DNA of 64,000 nucleotides from Candidatus Eiseniibacteriota bacterium. Its GTDB lineage: Bacteria; Eisenbacteria; RBG-16-71-46; JABDJR01. The position numbers and the translations under genes were made by a program. The DNA lies in assembly GCA_963783375.1 (NCBI GenBank), contig CAWANH010000029.1:1024001-1088000 (forward strand), written 5' to 3'. This document shows, piece by piece, positions 30,671 to 40,487 of this stretch (positions are counted from its first letter, which is position 1; every line of letters starts with the position of its first letter). The notes below the pieces were generated by a model, which was not told the DNA's origin, did no database searches, and saw nothing but the letters and a program-made list of their open reading frames with translations.

Positions 30671-32329
30671 TCAGTACTGGCGGGCCACGAAGACGAGGGT
30701 GAGGTTGAGCTGGGAAAGCTCCATGGTGGTTCCCGCCTCCCCCTGGGCCACGATGTAGAACGAGTTGGCTCCCGCCGCGACCGGGAAGAGGCGCTGGGAG
30801 ACCATCGGCGCGCACTGGCGAACCGAGTTGAACCCGTAGATCCGGTATTCCGTCTTGGCCAGGGAGTCGAGGGTGTTGTTCTCCGCCGAGACCGAGAACT
30901 GGAGCGGATGCTCCAGGCCGGACCCCGACGCTTCGATGCAGGCCTGGCCGCTCCCCACCGCCATGACCCATCCCGCCGCGGGACAGGTGATGGTCTTGGT
31001 GACTACGGACAGGGCCTGGTCGGTGAGGCTCCGGACGTCGGGATCCCCCAGGTACGCCACCCCCGGCCCGTCCATGAAATCCGCGGCCCGGAGCGAGCCA
31101 TCCTTCACCCGGGAGCCGGTGACCGCGTCCGGCGCGAGCCGGGTGGAGTCCACCGCGCCCGGGGCCAGGTCGACGCCGGTCAGGCTACCGTCGGACACGT
31201 TGACCCCGGTCACCGCGCCCACCGCGAGGTCGGCCGAGCCCACCGACCCGCTGGCCAGATCGGCTCCGGTGAGGGAACCGTCCTGGATGTGGGCGCCGGT
31301 GATCCCCTCGGGAGGAAGCCGGGACGGATCCAGGGTTCCGGCGGTGAGTTCCGAGGCGTTCACCGTCTTGGTGTGATGGGCGCTGGGATTGCCGGCGTGG
31401 CCGGCCAGGTCGGCGTCGGTGGCATAGACCGGGTGCGGATCGGGGGCGTTCACGTGGGCTTCGAGATCGGTGTCGAGGGCGTACTGGGGATGATCGTCGT
31501 CCAGAAGCCCGGTCAGCTGGCCGTGGTCGGTCACCCCCGCCCCCCGGTTGTCGATCTGGTCGGCGAACCCGGAAGGCACGTCGGTGAGGTTGAACCAGCT
31601 CACCAGGTTCTTTCCGGTGTTGGGGCCCAGGCTGTCGCTCTGGACCAGGTCGGTGCGGAGCGCGTACTGGGGATGATCGTCGTCCAGAAGTCCGGTCAGC
31701 TGGCCGTGGTCGCTCACCCCCTGGTCCTTCCCGTCGGCGAAACCGTCCGGTACGCCGGTCAGGTTGTTCCAGTGGACCCGGTTCGAGCCCTGGTTGGGCG
31801 GGTTCCCGTCGTTCACCGAGAGCGCGACCACCGCCCCCTTGGGTTCGAAGTCCGCCGGGGTTTTCCCCTGGAGAGACTCGGCCTGGAGGGCGAAGGGCAC
31901 GCTGGTCACCACCAGGCGCGGGAGGAGCTCGGCCCCGTCGTTCACGGTGATTCCCAGGTAGCGCGATTCCGCGGTGAAGGCGTCGGCGGAGAAGCTCACC
32001 AGGGACCCCAGGAGCACCGAGGCCACTCCCTGGGCCAGGGGCACGTCGGTGTGGGTCTCGGTCCAGAGCACCGAACCCGCCACCGGCGCGTTGTAGAGGC
32101 GGAAGGTCAACTTGACCGGGCCGGCCAGGGGATTGCCCGCGGGATCGGTGAAGCGTCCCTGGTACTGGAGAAGCTTGGGGGCGACCTGGGGGGAAAGCGC
32201 CTCTTCGGCGCCGGCCTCCGGCCCGGAGACGGCGCCGCCTTCCGGTGCGGCGGCTCCCGGAGCCGCTCCGGCGCGAACCGGGGCCAGGAGAAAGAGAACG
32301 AAGACGAACATGAACGGTCGGGCTCGCAT
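30671..32329 (-). CDS. Secreted phage-tail-fibre-like repeat protein A
   Basis: Signal peptide; YQGRFTD N-domain; 2x WxNLxxVPxGFAD + DHGQLTGLLDDDHPQY; HVNAPDPHPVY; decapeptide repeats; distinct C-domain. Confidence 0.75.
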   Translation of the reverse strand: MRARPFMFVFVLFLLAPVRAGAAPGAAAPEGGAVSGPEAGAEEALSPQVAPKLLQYQGRFTDPAGNPLAGPVKLTFRLYNAPVAGSVLWTETHTDVPLAQGVASVLLGSLVSFSADAFTAESRYLGITVNDGAELLPRLVVTSVPFALQAESLQGKTPADFEPKGAVVALSVNDGNPPNQGSNRVHWNNLTGVPDGFADGKDQGVSDHGQLTGLLDDDHPQYALRTDLVQSDSLGPNTGKNLVSWFNLTDVPSGFADQIDNRGAGVTDHGQLTGLLDDDHPQYALDTDLEAHVNAPDPHPVYATDADLAGHAGNPSAHHTKTVNASELTAGTLDPSRLPPEGITGAHIQDGSLTGADLASGSVGSADLAVGAVTGVNVSDGSLTGVDLAPGAVDSTRLAPDAVTGSRVKDGSLRAADFMDGPGVAYLGDPDVRSLTDQALSVVTKTITCPAAGWVMAVGSGQACIEASGSGLEHPLQFSVSAENNTLDSLAKTEYRIYGFNSVRQCAPMVSQRLFPVAAGANSFYIVAQGEAGTTMELSQLNLTLVFVARQY

Positions 32330-32358
32330 GGTACTCCCTCGATCCGCGGGTCCGGTGA

Positions 32359-34323
32359 TCAGTGCGGCCGGCTCACGGTGTAGGTCACCCGGACGGAAAG
32401 AACCCTCAGCTTGTCCCCCTGGGGGGTGCTGGGAAAATCGGCCACGAGCCAGTAGACGAACTCGTTGTCGTCCACCCCGGTCTCCGCGATGGTGGCGTCG
32501 CTCCCCGACCTCCAGCCCGTGCTCTGCCCCTGGCTCTCCACCGACGCGATCTTGAGGGGGGAACCGTCGGTCTGAAGGGCCCGCCACAGGGAGATCTCCA
32601 TCAGCGACGCGCTGTCGTCCCAGTAGGTCACGTGGAAGCCGGTGATCTGTGCGCCGTCGGGGATCTGGACGGAGGCGGTGAACTTGTCCTGGGCGCCCAC
32701 GTTGCTGAGCGAGTCCACATAGACGTACCCGCCGGCGGGGACCACGGTGAACTTCCCCACCGGGGTGACCGGCCGGAAGGCCGCTCCCGAAACCGCCACC
32801 GCGGTGGTCACCGGAAGCCAGTTCGGGCTCGACTGGGACACGAACCGGCCGTCGTATGCGCTCCCCGAGAAGTACGACGGGCTCAGGCTGACCGACGATC
32901 CGCTCACCTGGATCCCCTGCCCCGCTCCCACCGCGAGGGTGATGTCGCCGCTCTGTCCGCCTCCGGAAAGCCCTCCGGCCACGTTCACCGCGGTGACGTC
33001 CCCCACCGTGAAGCCCATGTCTCCGGGCTGGACGGTGCCGTCGGCGATCTGGGTCGAGGTCACCGAGCCCGCGGCGAGATCCTCGGCCAACAACGACCCG
33101 TCCTTGACGTCGATGGTGGTGAGGGTCCCGTCCAGGATGTCTCCGCTCCGGATCGAGTCGTCGGTGATGTTGTCGCCGGTGATCGTCTCCAATGCGATCT
33201 TGTCTCCGGTGACTGCGCCCGGGGAGAGCTTCTGCCCGGTGATGGTCTGGTTGGCCATGTCGAACCCGGTCACGGTGAAGTCCTGCAACGCGGCCCCGGT
33301 CACCGCCCCCGGCGCGAGCTCGCGGGCGGTGACGCTCCCGGACCGGAGGTGGGAGCCGTCGAGGGTGGCCGGCGCGACCTTGATCCCGGTGATCGTGCTG
33401 TCGGCAAGGTCCACCGCGGTGATCGTGCTGTCCACGATGTCCGCTCCGGTGACCGGGCCCCCCGTCCCTCCGCTCCCGGTGTTGTCCACCCCGTCGGCGA
33501 AATCGGTGGGCACGTTCACCAGGTTGTTCCAGCTCACCAGGTTCGCCCCCTGGTTGGGAGGGGTCCCGTCCGAGGCGGCGGCCTGGTTCCGGAGCAGGTA
33601 CTGGGGATGGTCGTCGTCCAGCAACCCGGTGAGCTGGCCGTGATCGGTCACCCCGCGTCCGGTGTCGTCCACCGCGTCGGCGAAGCCGGCGGGAACGTCG
33701 CCGAGATTCATCCAGCTCACCCGGTTCGAGCCCTGGTTGGCCGGGGTTCCGTCGGGGAGCCGGAGCGAGTCGGCCAAGGCGGCCGCCGCCCCCGCGTTCT
33801 CGAAGCTCCCGGCGTCCCGGCCGTCCACCCGGTCGGCCTCCAACGCGTAGGGCACCGAGGTGACGGCAAGTCGAGGCGCCAGCACCGTGCCGCCGACCTC
33901 GATCTCCAGGTAGCGCTGGGCGGCGCTGAACGCGTTCTCCGGGAGGGAGACCAGGCTCCCCAGGAGCACCGCGGCCACGCCCTCGTTCAGGGCCACCCCG
34001 TCGTGCTCCTCGGTCCAGAGCGCGCTGCCTCCGGCGGGGAGCACGAAGAGCCGGAAGACGAGATCGACCGGTCCGGCCAGGGGCTTTCCCGCCTCGTCGG
34101 TGAACCGTCCCTGGTAGTTGAGCACCGAGGGGGAGGTGGCCGGGGCGCCCGCCGGGGGCGACACCGCCGCGGGCGCGCCCGTGGCGCCGCTCGCGGGCTC
34201 CGAGGCCTCGGTAGTTCCCGCCGCCAGCATGGTTCCCAGCGCCAGAAGCGTGATGGTTCCGGAAAGGAGGCGGGCCGACGTCGTGCCGGGGTCCCGCCGG
34301 CGGAGCACGGAAGCGATTCTCAT
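32359..34323 (-). CDS. Secreted phage-tail-fibre-like repeat protein B (paralog of A)
   Basis: N-terminal hydrophobic segment; YQGRFTD domain; DHGQLTGLLDDDHPQY; long run of ITGxxIxDG-type repeats; GDVTAVNVAGGLSGGG. Confidence 0.75.
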   Translation of the reverse strand: MRIASVLRRRDPGTTSARLLSGTITLLALGTMLAAGTTEASEPASGATGAPAAVSPPAGAPATSPSVLNYQGRFTDEAGKPLAGPVDLVFRLFVLPAGGSALWTEEHDGVALNEGVAAVLLGSLVSLPENAFSAAQRYLEIEVGGTVLAPRLAVTSVPYALEADRVDGRDAGSFENAGAAAALADSLRLPDGTPANQGSNRVSWMNLGDVPAGFADAVDDTGRGVTDHGQLTGLLDDDHPQYLLRNQAAASDGTPPNQGANLVSWNNLVNVPTDFADGVDNTGSGGTGGPVTGADIVDSTITAVDLADSTITGIKVAPATLDGSHLRSGSVTARELAPGAVTGAALQDFTVTGFDMANQTITGQKLSPGAVTGDKIALETITGDNITDDSIRSGDILDGTLTTIDVKDGSLLAEDLAAGSVTSTQIADGTVQPGDMGFTVGDVTAVNVAGGLSGGGQSGDITLAVGAGQGIQVSGSSVSLSPSYFSGSAYDGRFVSQSSPNWLPVTTAVAVSGAAFRPVTPVGKFTVVPAGGYVYVDSLSNVGAQDKFTASVQIPDGAQITGFHVTYWDDSASLMEISLWRALQTDGSPLKIASVESQGQSTGWRSGSDATIAETGVDDNEFVYWLVADFPSTPQGDKLRVLSVRVTYTVSRPH

Positions 34324-35093
34324 GGGAGCCTCACCACTTTCTGAACGTCGCGGACCTCACCCGCCCGGACCTCGAGGAAGTAGATTCCGCGGGCGGTGGC
34401 CGCGGGCGGCGTCACCGCCACCGCGTGGGTTCCGGCAGGGATGCGGCCGAGGTCTCCCCCGGCTACCTCGGCGCCCCGGATGTCGAAGAGCCTCCAGTGC
34501 ACCGGGGCTTCGACCGGCAAGGCGAAGGTGAGAACGAAGGCCTCCCGGAACGGGTTGGGGGAGGCGGCCAGAACCCGCGGGGTGGTGGAAAGCGATTCCC
34601 GGTCCAGGGTCACCGTCCAGGGGCCGAGGACCTCCTCGCCGCCGTCCCGGAGCCGGGCGCGAAGGCGGTAGCGATAGGTGGCGCCGGCCTCCACCCCGGT
34701 GTCCAGGTAGCGGTGGGGTCCGGGTCCGTCGAATGTGAGACCCACCGAGGCGTAGTCGGAGGGGATCCCGCCCGCGACCCGCGCCCGCTCCAGCCGGAAG
34801 AAGGCCACCCGCTCATCCTCGGGAACCCGCCACGAGATGGACACCCCGTCTGCTTCCACGGTGAGCTGGAGCGCGGTCAACAGCACCGGGGTGGGGATCC
34901 CGATCCCGTAGAGGAGCCCGGTCTGGACGCTGACTCCGGTCCCGGCGCTGGTCCCGGCGAAGGGAAGGCCGAAGGTGTCCTGGACGTGGATCGTGCCCCC
35001 GGCGCGGTCGCCGCCCCCGGCATCGAGACCGCCGGCAGCGTAGGCGGTGACCGGGAACACGAGGATCAGGAGCGCGAGCAGGATTGGGCGCAT
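34320..35093 (-). CDS. Secreted protein with Gly-rich N-domain, Fn3-like region and FlgD/T9SS-like C-terminal domain
   Basis: Signal peptide; YLDTGVEAGATYRYRL; SPNPFRE, LFDIRGAEV, GIYFLEV...KVVRL. Confidence 0.75.
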   Translation of the reverse strand: MRPILLALLILVFPVTAYAAGGLDAGGGDRAGGTIHVQDTFGLPFAGTSAGTGVSVQTGLLYGIGIPTPVLLTALQLTVEADGVSISWRVPEDERVAFFRLERARVAGGIPSDYASVGLTFDGPGPHRYLDTGVEAGATYRYRLRARLRDGGEEVLGPWTVTLDRESLSTTPRVLAASPNPFREAFVLTFALPVEAPVHWRLFDIRGAEVAGGDLGRIPAGTHAVAVTPPAATARGIYFLEVRAGEVRDVQKVVRLP

Positions 35094-35207
35094 GAGCAGG
35101 GTTCCGTCCGGTAGCGGTCCCGGCTGGGCCAGTTCGCGAGCCGGGAGCCTAAGCTCAAAAAACAAGCCGAGATAGTGTGGATTCCATCGAGGACGATGTC
35201 AAGGCGA

Positions 35208-35708
35208 TCAGGGCTCCCCGTCGTCCTCGATCGATTCCCGGAGGGCTTTCCGGGCGGTCTCGAAGTCGAACCCCCGCCGGAGGAGGAACTGCTCGGCCTT
35301 CCGGCGCCGCTCCGGCGCGGGACGGCCGGCCAGGGCCCGGAGCTTCGCCGCCACCGCGCGGCGGGCCGAGGCCACCGGGTCCTCGGTCTCCTCCAGCTCC
35401 GCCAGGGCCCGGTCGATCACCTCCCGGGCCACCCCGCGGGCGGCGAGGTCGGCGGCGAGACCGCGGGCGCCCCGGGGCCGCGACCGCTGGCGCGAGGCGA
35501 GGAAGGCCCGGGCGAAGGCGAGGTCGTCCACCAGATCGACTTCGACCAGCCGATCGAGGACCCGGGCCGCGACCTCGGTCGCCACCCCCTTCCGGTAGAG
35601 CTTCCGCTCCAGCTCGCGGCGCGAGTTCATGCGCCGCTCCAGGGCGCGAAGGCAGATCTCCCGGGCGCGCTCTTCGGATGGGAGCCCGCCGTCTCGTTCC
35701 TCGCTCAT
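35208..35708 (-). CDS. recX: Regulatory protein RecX
   Basis: SRRELERKL, LVDDLAFA, FLLRRGF; directly downstream of recA. Confidence 0.88.
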   Translation of the reverse strand: MSEERDGGLPSEERAREICLRALERRMNSRRELERKLYRKGVATEVAARVLDRLVEVDLVDDLAFARAFLASRQRSRPRGARGLAADLAARGVAREVIDRALAELEETEDPVASARRAVAAKLRALAGRPAPERRRKAEQFLLRRGFDFETARKALRESIEDDGEP

Positions 35709-35791
35709 GCCCCTTTCCTTCCGGACGGGAGTCGGCCCCCTGGTGTGCCGGCGCGCGGGGGGACGGCTTCACCAACCCCGCAACAGCGAAA

Positions 35792-35813
35792 AGCGAACCC
35801 CGCGGGGTTCGCT
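35792..35813 (-). terminator. Hairpin between recA and recX
   Basis: Perfect palindrome AGCGAACCCCGCGGGGTTCGCT followed by T residues on the minus strand. Confidence 0.6.
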
Positions 35814-35850
35814 CCTCGACTTGGATCCTTCGACCGCGGAGCGTCCCCGG

Positions 35851-36990
35851 TCAGGCCCGGGACCTGGCCGTCCGCCGGCCGTTCTGCTTGTCCCGCTCCT
35901 CGGACGCTTCGTCGGAGGCGGATTCCTCCCGGGGCGCGGGCGCAGCGCCGCCGGCGAGAGCCGGGATCCCCAGGCTCTCGCGAATCTTGATCTCGAGATC
36001 GTCCATGATCTCCGGGTGCTCCTTGAGGAAGTTCCGGGCGTTCTCGCGCCCCTGCCCCATCCGCTCGCTGTTGTAGGAGAACCAGGTTCCCGACTTCTCG
36101 ACCAGGTTCCGGTCCACCGCGAGATCGAGGATCTCGCCGGTCCGGGAAATCCCCTCGTCGTAGTAGATGTCGAACTCGATCACCTTGAAGGGCGCGGCCA
36201 CCTTGTTCTTGGCCACCTTGACCTTCACCCGGTTCCCCACCACCTGGTCCCGGTCCTTGATGCTGGCGATCCGGCGGATGTCGAGCCGGACCGAGGCGTA
36301 GAACTTCAGCGCGTTGCCGCCGCTGGTGGTTTCCGGGTTCCCGAACATCACCCCGATCTTCATGCGAAGCTGGTTGATGAAGATGACGCAGGTGTGGGAC
36401 TTGGAGACCGATCCGGTGAGCTTGCGCAGGGCCTGGCTCATGAGCCGGGCCTGAAGCCCCACGTGGCTGTCCCCCATCTCCCCCTCGATCTCCGCCTTGG
36501 GCACCAGGGCGGCTACCGAGTCCACCACCACCACGTCCACCGCGCCCGAGCGCACGAGCTGGTCGGTGATCTCCAGCGCCTCTTCCCCGGTGTCCGGCTG
36601 GGAGACGTGGAGGTTGTCCAGGTCCACCCCGATGGTCTGGGCGAACTCCGCCGGGAAGGCGTGCTCGGCGTCGATGAACACCGCCGCGCCTCCCAGTTTC
36701 TGGGCCCGCGCGATGATGGTCAGGGCCAGGGTGGTCTTCCCGCTCGCTTCCGGGCCGTAGATCTCCACCACCCGGCCGCGGGGCACGCCGCCGATCCCCA
36801 GGGCGTGGTCGAGCCCGAGGGACCCGGTGGGGATGGAGGGAACCTTCACCGCCCGCTCCGACCCCAGCTTCATGATCGAACCCTTGCCGAACTGCTTCTC
36901 GATCTGGGAGACCGCCAACTCCAGGGCTTTCGCCTTTTCCTTGCTCATTCCTTGGTCCACCTTCGTGCCCTTCTGGGCTTCCTTGGTCAT
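35851..36990 (-). CDS. recA: Recombinase RecA
   Basis: [52 protein letters not shown]. Confidence 0.98.
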   Translation of the reverse strand: MTKEAQKGTKVDQGMSKEKAKALELAVSQIEKQFGKGSIMKLGSERAVKVPSIPTGSLGLDHALGIGGVPRGRVVEIYGPEASGKTTLALTIIARAQKLGGAAVFIDAEHAFPAEFAQTIGVDLDNLHVSQPDTGEEALEITDQLVRSGAVDVVVVDSVAALVPKAEIEGEMGDSHVGLQARLMSQALRKLTGSVSKSHTCVIFINQLRMKIGVMFGNPETTSGGNALKFYASVRLDIRRIASIKDRDQVVGNRVKVKVAKNKVAAPFKVIEFDIYYDEGISRTGEILDLAVDRNLVEKSGTWFSYNSERMGQGRENARNFLKEHPEIMDDLEIKIRESLGIPALAGGAAPAPREESASDEASEERDKQNGRRTARSRA

Positions 36991-37113
36991 GATCGTGACT
37001 CCTCGACGGGCTTGACGTGCCCCGGGCTATGACGCCCGTGGACTGTGCCCAGGTCGGGCGCGTGGGTATTGGTGGGAAAGTCGGGTAGCCGTGAAGCCTG
37101 ACGGGAGTTTCCC

Positions 37114-37142
37114 ACGGTAATGGGGAGCGTTCCCGGTGTCAA
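37114..37142 (-). promoter_or_regulatory. Sigma70-type recA promoter
   Basis: TTGACA (37142-37137), 17 nt, TACCGT (37119-37114). Confidence 0.55.
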
Positions 37143-37227
37143 CCGGGTTTCGGGGCGGGGCTCTCGCTCCCCGGCCGGGGTTGCCGTATTCTCGGCCCGG
37201 GCGTCCTCGAGCGCCCGCGGAGGGCCC

Positions 37228-38697
37228 ATGACGAAGGACGAGCAGGACATCGTGGTCATCGGCGGCGGCGCGGCCGGCCTCACCGCCGCCGGCATCTGCG
37301 CCTCCTTCGGGGCGCGCACCCTCCTGGTCGAGAAGCGCCGCCTGGGGGGCGATTGCACCTGGACCGGCTGCATCCCTTCCAAGACCCTCCTCCATGCCGC
37401 TCACGCCCACGCCGCGGAGCGCGACACCGGAGCCCCGGTGGATTTTTCCCGCCTGATGGAGCACGTCCGGGCGGTCCGCCGGCGGGTCTACGAGGAAGCG
37501 GATTCCCCCGAGATCCTCGCCCGGCGCGGGGTGGCGGTGGCGTTCGGAGAGGCGGCCTTCGCCGGCTCCCGCGCCCTTCGCATCCGCTCCGAGGCCTCGG
37601 AGCGGACGGTGCGGTTCCGCGCGGCGGTGATCGCCACCGGAAGCACCCCCGCCGTGCCCGGGATCCCGGGCCTCCGCGAGGCCGGCTTCCTCACCAACGA
37701 GACCCTCTTCGAGTTGAACGCGCTTCCCCGCCGGCTGGCCGTCCTGGGGGGCGGGCCGGTGGGGGTCGAGACCGCCCAGGCCCTGGCGCGGCTCGGGTCC
37801 GAGGTCACCCTGGTCACCCGCGCCTCGCGACTCCTGCCCCGGGACGAGCCGGAGTGCGTCGAGGTACTCCAGAAACAACTCGAAGCCGATGGGGTCAAAC
37901 TATTTTACAACAGCACGTTCTGCTCTGTGGAACGCAAGCCGGAGGGACTGCGGATCGGGCTCGATCCCGGCGGGGATTCCCTGGTGGTGGACGCGGTGAT
38001 GGTGGCGGCAGGACGGAGGCCCGGGGTGGCCGGGTTGGAGCTGGAGCGCGCGGGCGTGCGATCGGCCGCGGATGGAATCCCGGTGGACCGCCGGTGCCGG
38101 ACCGCCGCCGGTCACGTGTTCGCGGTGGGGGACGTCACCGACTCCCTCCGCTTCACCCACGTGGCCGAGGACATGGCGCGGGCGGCGGCGATGAACGCGG
38201 TGCTCCGGCTCCCCCTCTTTCGCCGGGAGACCGGGGTCGTTCCCTGGGTCACCTACACCGACCCCGAGGTGGCCCACGTGGGGCGGAGCGCGGAGGAGTT
38301 GAGGGCGGCAGGGACCGCGTTCGAGACCCTCGCCTTTCCCTACTCCCGGATCGACCGCGCCGTGACCGAGGACGCGACGGCGGGGATGATCCTGGTGCAC
38401 GCGGTTCCGCCCCGGTTCGCCGGACTCGGGGGCGGGCGGATCCTGGGGGCGAGCGTGGCCGGCCGCCACGCCGGCGAGGCCATCGTGGAGCTGGCGGTGG
38501 CCATGAAGCACCGGATCGGCCTTCCCGCTCTGGCCCGCACCGTCCACCCCTACCCGACCTGGCTTCTCGGGGTGCGCCGCGCCGCCGATCAGACCCTCAT
38601 CCGGCGGCAGCGGCCGTGGATGTCCCGCCTGGTGCGGCGACTCTACGGCTATCGCGGGGAGATCCCGGCGGGAGTGGGCTCGGACGAGGTGCTCTGA
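37228..38697 (+). CDS. Class I pyridine nucleotide-disulfide oxidoreductase (Lpd/MerA-like)
   Basis: GGGAAG, GGDCTWTGCIPSK, GGGPVGVE, YTDPEVA, HPYPT. Confidence 0.9.
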   Translation: MTKDEQDIVVIGGGAAGLTAAGICASFGARTLLVEKRRLGGDCTWTGCIPSKTLLHAAHAHAAERDTGAPVDFSRLMEHVRAVRRRVYEEADSPEILARRGVAVAFGEAAFAGSRALRIRSEASERTVRFRAAVIATGSTPAVPGIPGLREAGFLTNETLFELNALPRRLAVLGGGPVGVETAQALARLGSEVTLVTRASRLLPRDEPECVEVLQKQLEADGVKLFYNSTFCSVERKPEGLRIGLDPGGDSLVVDAVMVAAGRRPGVAGLELERAGVRSAADGIPVDRRCRTAAGHVFAVGDVTDSLRFTHVAEDMARAAAMNAVLRLPLFRRETGVVPWVTYTDPEVAHVGRSAEELRAAGTAFETLAFPYSRIDRAVTEDATAGMILVHAVPPRFAGLGGGRILGASVAGRHAGEAIVELAVAMKHRIGLPALARTVHPYPTWLLGVRRAADQTLIRRQRPWMSRLVRRLYGYRGEIPAGVGSDEVL

Positions 38698-38775
38698 GCC
38701 GGATCGGTCGGCGGGATCCCGGGAGACGGACACCGCGGCGGGGAGGAACGCCGGCCGGTGGGGCGGGCCTTCGCC

Positions 38776-39246
38776 TCAGCTCGCCGCCTCGTACCGCGTG
38801 CGCACCGCTTCCATGCGCTTCCGGTTCACCCCCAGGTCCGAGTGCCCGAGGCGCGAAGCGGATCGGAAGCGGATCAACCCGGCGCGGTGGTCGAAGCGGA
38901 ATTCCACGTCGTCGATGAAGCCGATCACCGGGGTGCGGAACTCCACGTGGAGGTAGTCGGGGTCGTTCCGGGCGATGCGGGTCCGGGGAGTGGCCCGGAT
39001 CACCGCCAGCAGGCGTTCCCGGGCCCGGGCGGGCGGGCCGTCGTAGGGAATCGGCTCCATGGCGTGGGCGGGGTCGGCGGCTTCGGTGCTCACGCAGTTG
39101 GGCGAGTCCGGGCAGGGAGCGAGCCGGCCGTCGCGGAGCCCAAGGCCCCGGGGAGTCGGCGCGGTCCTGGCCCACACCATGACGGCAAGGAAACCCGCGG
39201 CCAGAACGATCAGCGTCCAGAGCACGGCGCGGTTCGTGGAGGGCAC
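38776..39246 (-). CDS. DUF1499 family protein
   Basis: LAPCPDSPNCVST, GFIDDVEF, RSASRLGHSDLGVNRKR. Confidence 0.9.
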   Translation of the reverse strand: MPSTNRAVLWTLIVLAAGFLAVMVWARTAPTPRGLGLRDGRLAPCPDSPNCVSTEAADPAHAMEPIPYDGPPARARERLLAVIRATPRTRIARNDPDYLHVEFRTPVIGFIDDVEFRFDHRAGLIRFRSASRLGHSDLGVNRKRMEAVRTRYEAAS

Positions 39247-39289
39247 GGCGCGAGCTCCTTTCGCGGGGCCGGCGCGAACGCCGTCGCGC

Positions 39290-39862
39290 TCACTTCCCCG
39301 CCCCCCCGGCGAGGCTCGCGACGTGGAGCGGCTCGTAGATCGAGCCCCCCGGGGAGAGGGTGCTCCGGATCACCCCCACCTCGCTCACGGTGAAGGAGGC
39401 GACGGGACCCCGGCCGTCGCAGGCGGCGCGGGCCGCCTCCGGATCGAATTCCCGCGTGTCCCGCCAGCGCCCGAGGGTGAGATGCGGCTTGAACGGCTTG
39501 TCCGCTTTCCCGAGCCGCGCCTCCCGGAATCCCCGCTCCAGGGTGCGGGCCAGGGCCTCGAGGATGGGCCCTCCACGCCCGGCGCCTACCCAGAGCACCC
39601 GGGGCCGGCGCCAGTCCGGAAATACCCCGACCCCCTCCAGGGCCAGCTCGAAGGGCGCGGCGCCGGCGCCCACTGCGTCCAGGACCTCCCCCGCGCGGGA
39701 GGCCTCCTCCGCGGTCAGCTCCCCGAAGAAGCGGAGGGTGAAGTGGAGGTTCCTTTCGGCGGTCCACCGGAGCGCCCTCATCGCCGGCTCGAGGCCCCGC
39801 CGGAGTTCCCCGAGCGCATCCAGCACCGCCGGGGGCGGGAACACCGCCACGAAGGTGCGCAT
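39290..39862 (-). CDS. thpR: RNA 2',3'-cyclic phosphodiesterase
   Basis: MRTFVAV, two HxT motifs (NLHFTLRF, FKPHLTLGR), PRVLWVG. Confidence 0.9.
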   Translation of the reverse strand: MRTFVAVFPPPAVLDALGELRRGLEPAMRALRWTAERNLHFTLRFFGELTAEEASRAGEVLDAVGAGAAPFELALEGVGVFPDWRRPRVLWVGAGRGGPILEALARTLERGFREARLGKADKPFKPHLTLGRWRDTREFDPEAARAACDGRGPVASFTVSEVGVIRSTLSPGGSIYEPLHVASLAGGAGK

Positions 39863-39879
39863 GGTGTCGGACGCGCCGG

Positions 39880-40317
39880 TCACGACTTCCCGGACGTTCC
39901 GCCGGCGAGGGCCCGGCGGCGGCGCTCCTCGGTCCGGAGCCGGGCGGCGGTGAGCGTCTCCTCGGGGTCCACCGCATCGACCTCGGTCAGGAAGGCCACC
40001 GCGCCGCCTCCCTCGCGGCGAACCCGGTATTCCCGGCCGGCCGGATCGCGCTCCAGGTAACCGGCATCGACCAGCTCCCGCCGGAGGGCCACCCGGTCGA
40101 TTTCCAGGGGCCGTCCTACGGACTGGAGCCAGGCTTCCAGGAGCCCGTCCACTTCGCGCTCGGAGAGGGAGCGGTCGGGCGCCAGGTCCCGGGTCGCGCA
40201 CCGGAAGAGGATGTGCCGGTCCCGGGGCCGGCGCGGGAGCCACGGACCTCCCCCCGAACCGAGGAGCGCGACCAGGCGGCGTTTGAATTCCGGGGCGGTG
40301 ATCGGCGTGTTTTCCAC
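39880..40317 (-). CDS. DUF2087-like protein
   Basis: SEREVD..L, DRVALRRELVDAGYLERD..GREY. Confidence 0.7.
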   Translation of the reverse strand: MENTPITAPEFKRRLVALLGSGGGPWLPRRPRDRHILFRCATRDLAPDRSLSEREVDGLLEAWLQSVGRPLEIDRVALRRELVDAGYLERDPAGREYRVRREGGGAVAFLTEVDAVDPEETLTAARLRTEERRRRALAGGTSGKS

Positions 40318-40487
40318 GGACGGTTCCTCCTTCCGGGGAATCGAGAGGTATCGAGGCTCCGCGCCGCGGGGAGGATCCGAGGGCGCGGGAGCAGACGCTT
40401 CCAGTATGCCACGATCCGGGGGGCGGCGTCCGGACGGGCGCGCGGCCCTGCCATATCCGGATCGCAGCCGACTCTCGACCGATGGGC

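Noticed and set aside
30671-35093. Prophage remnant
   Set aside because: No integrase, capsid, baseplate or lysis genes; the proteins have export-type N-termini and host-like GC.
37228-38697. Mercuric reductase MerA
   Set aside because: No C-terminal Cys-Cys pair, no N-terminal metal-binding domain and no mer genes nearby.
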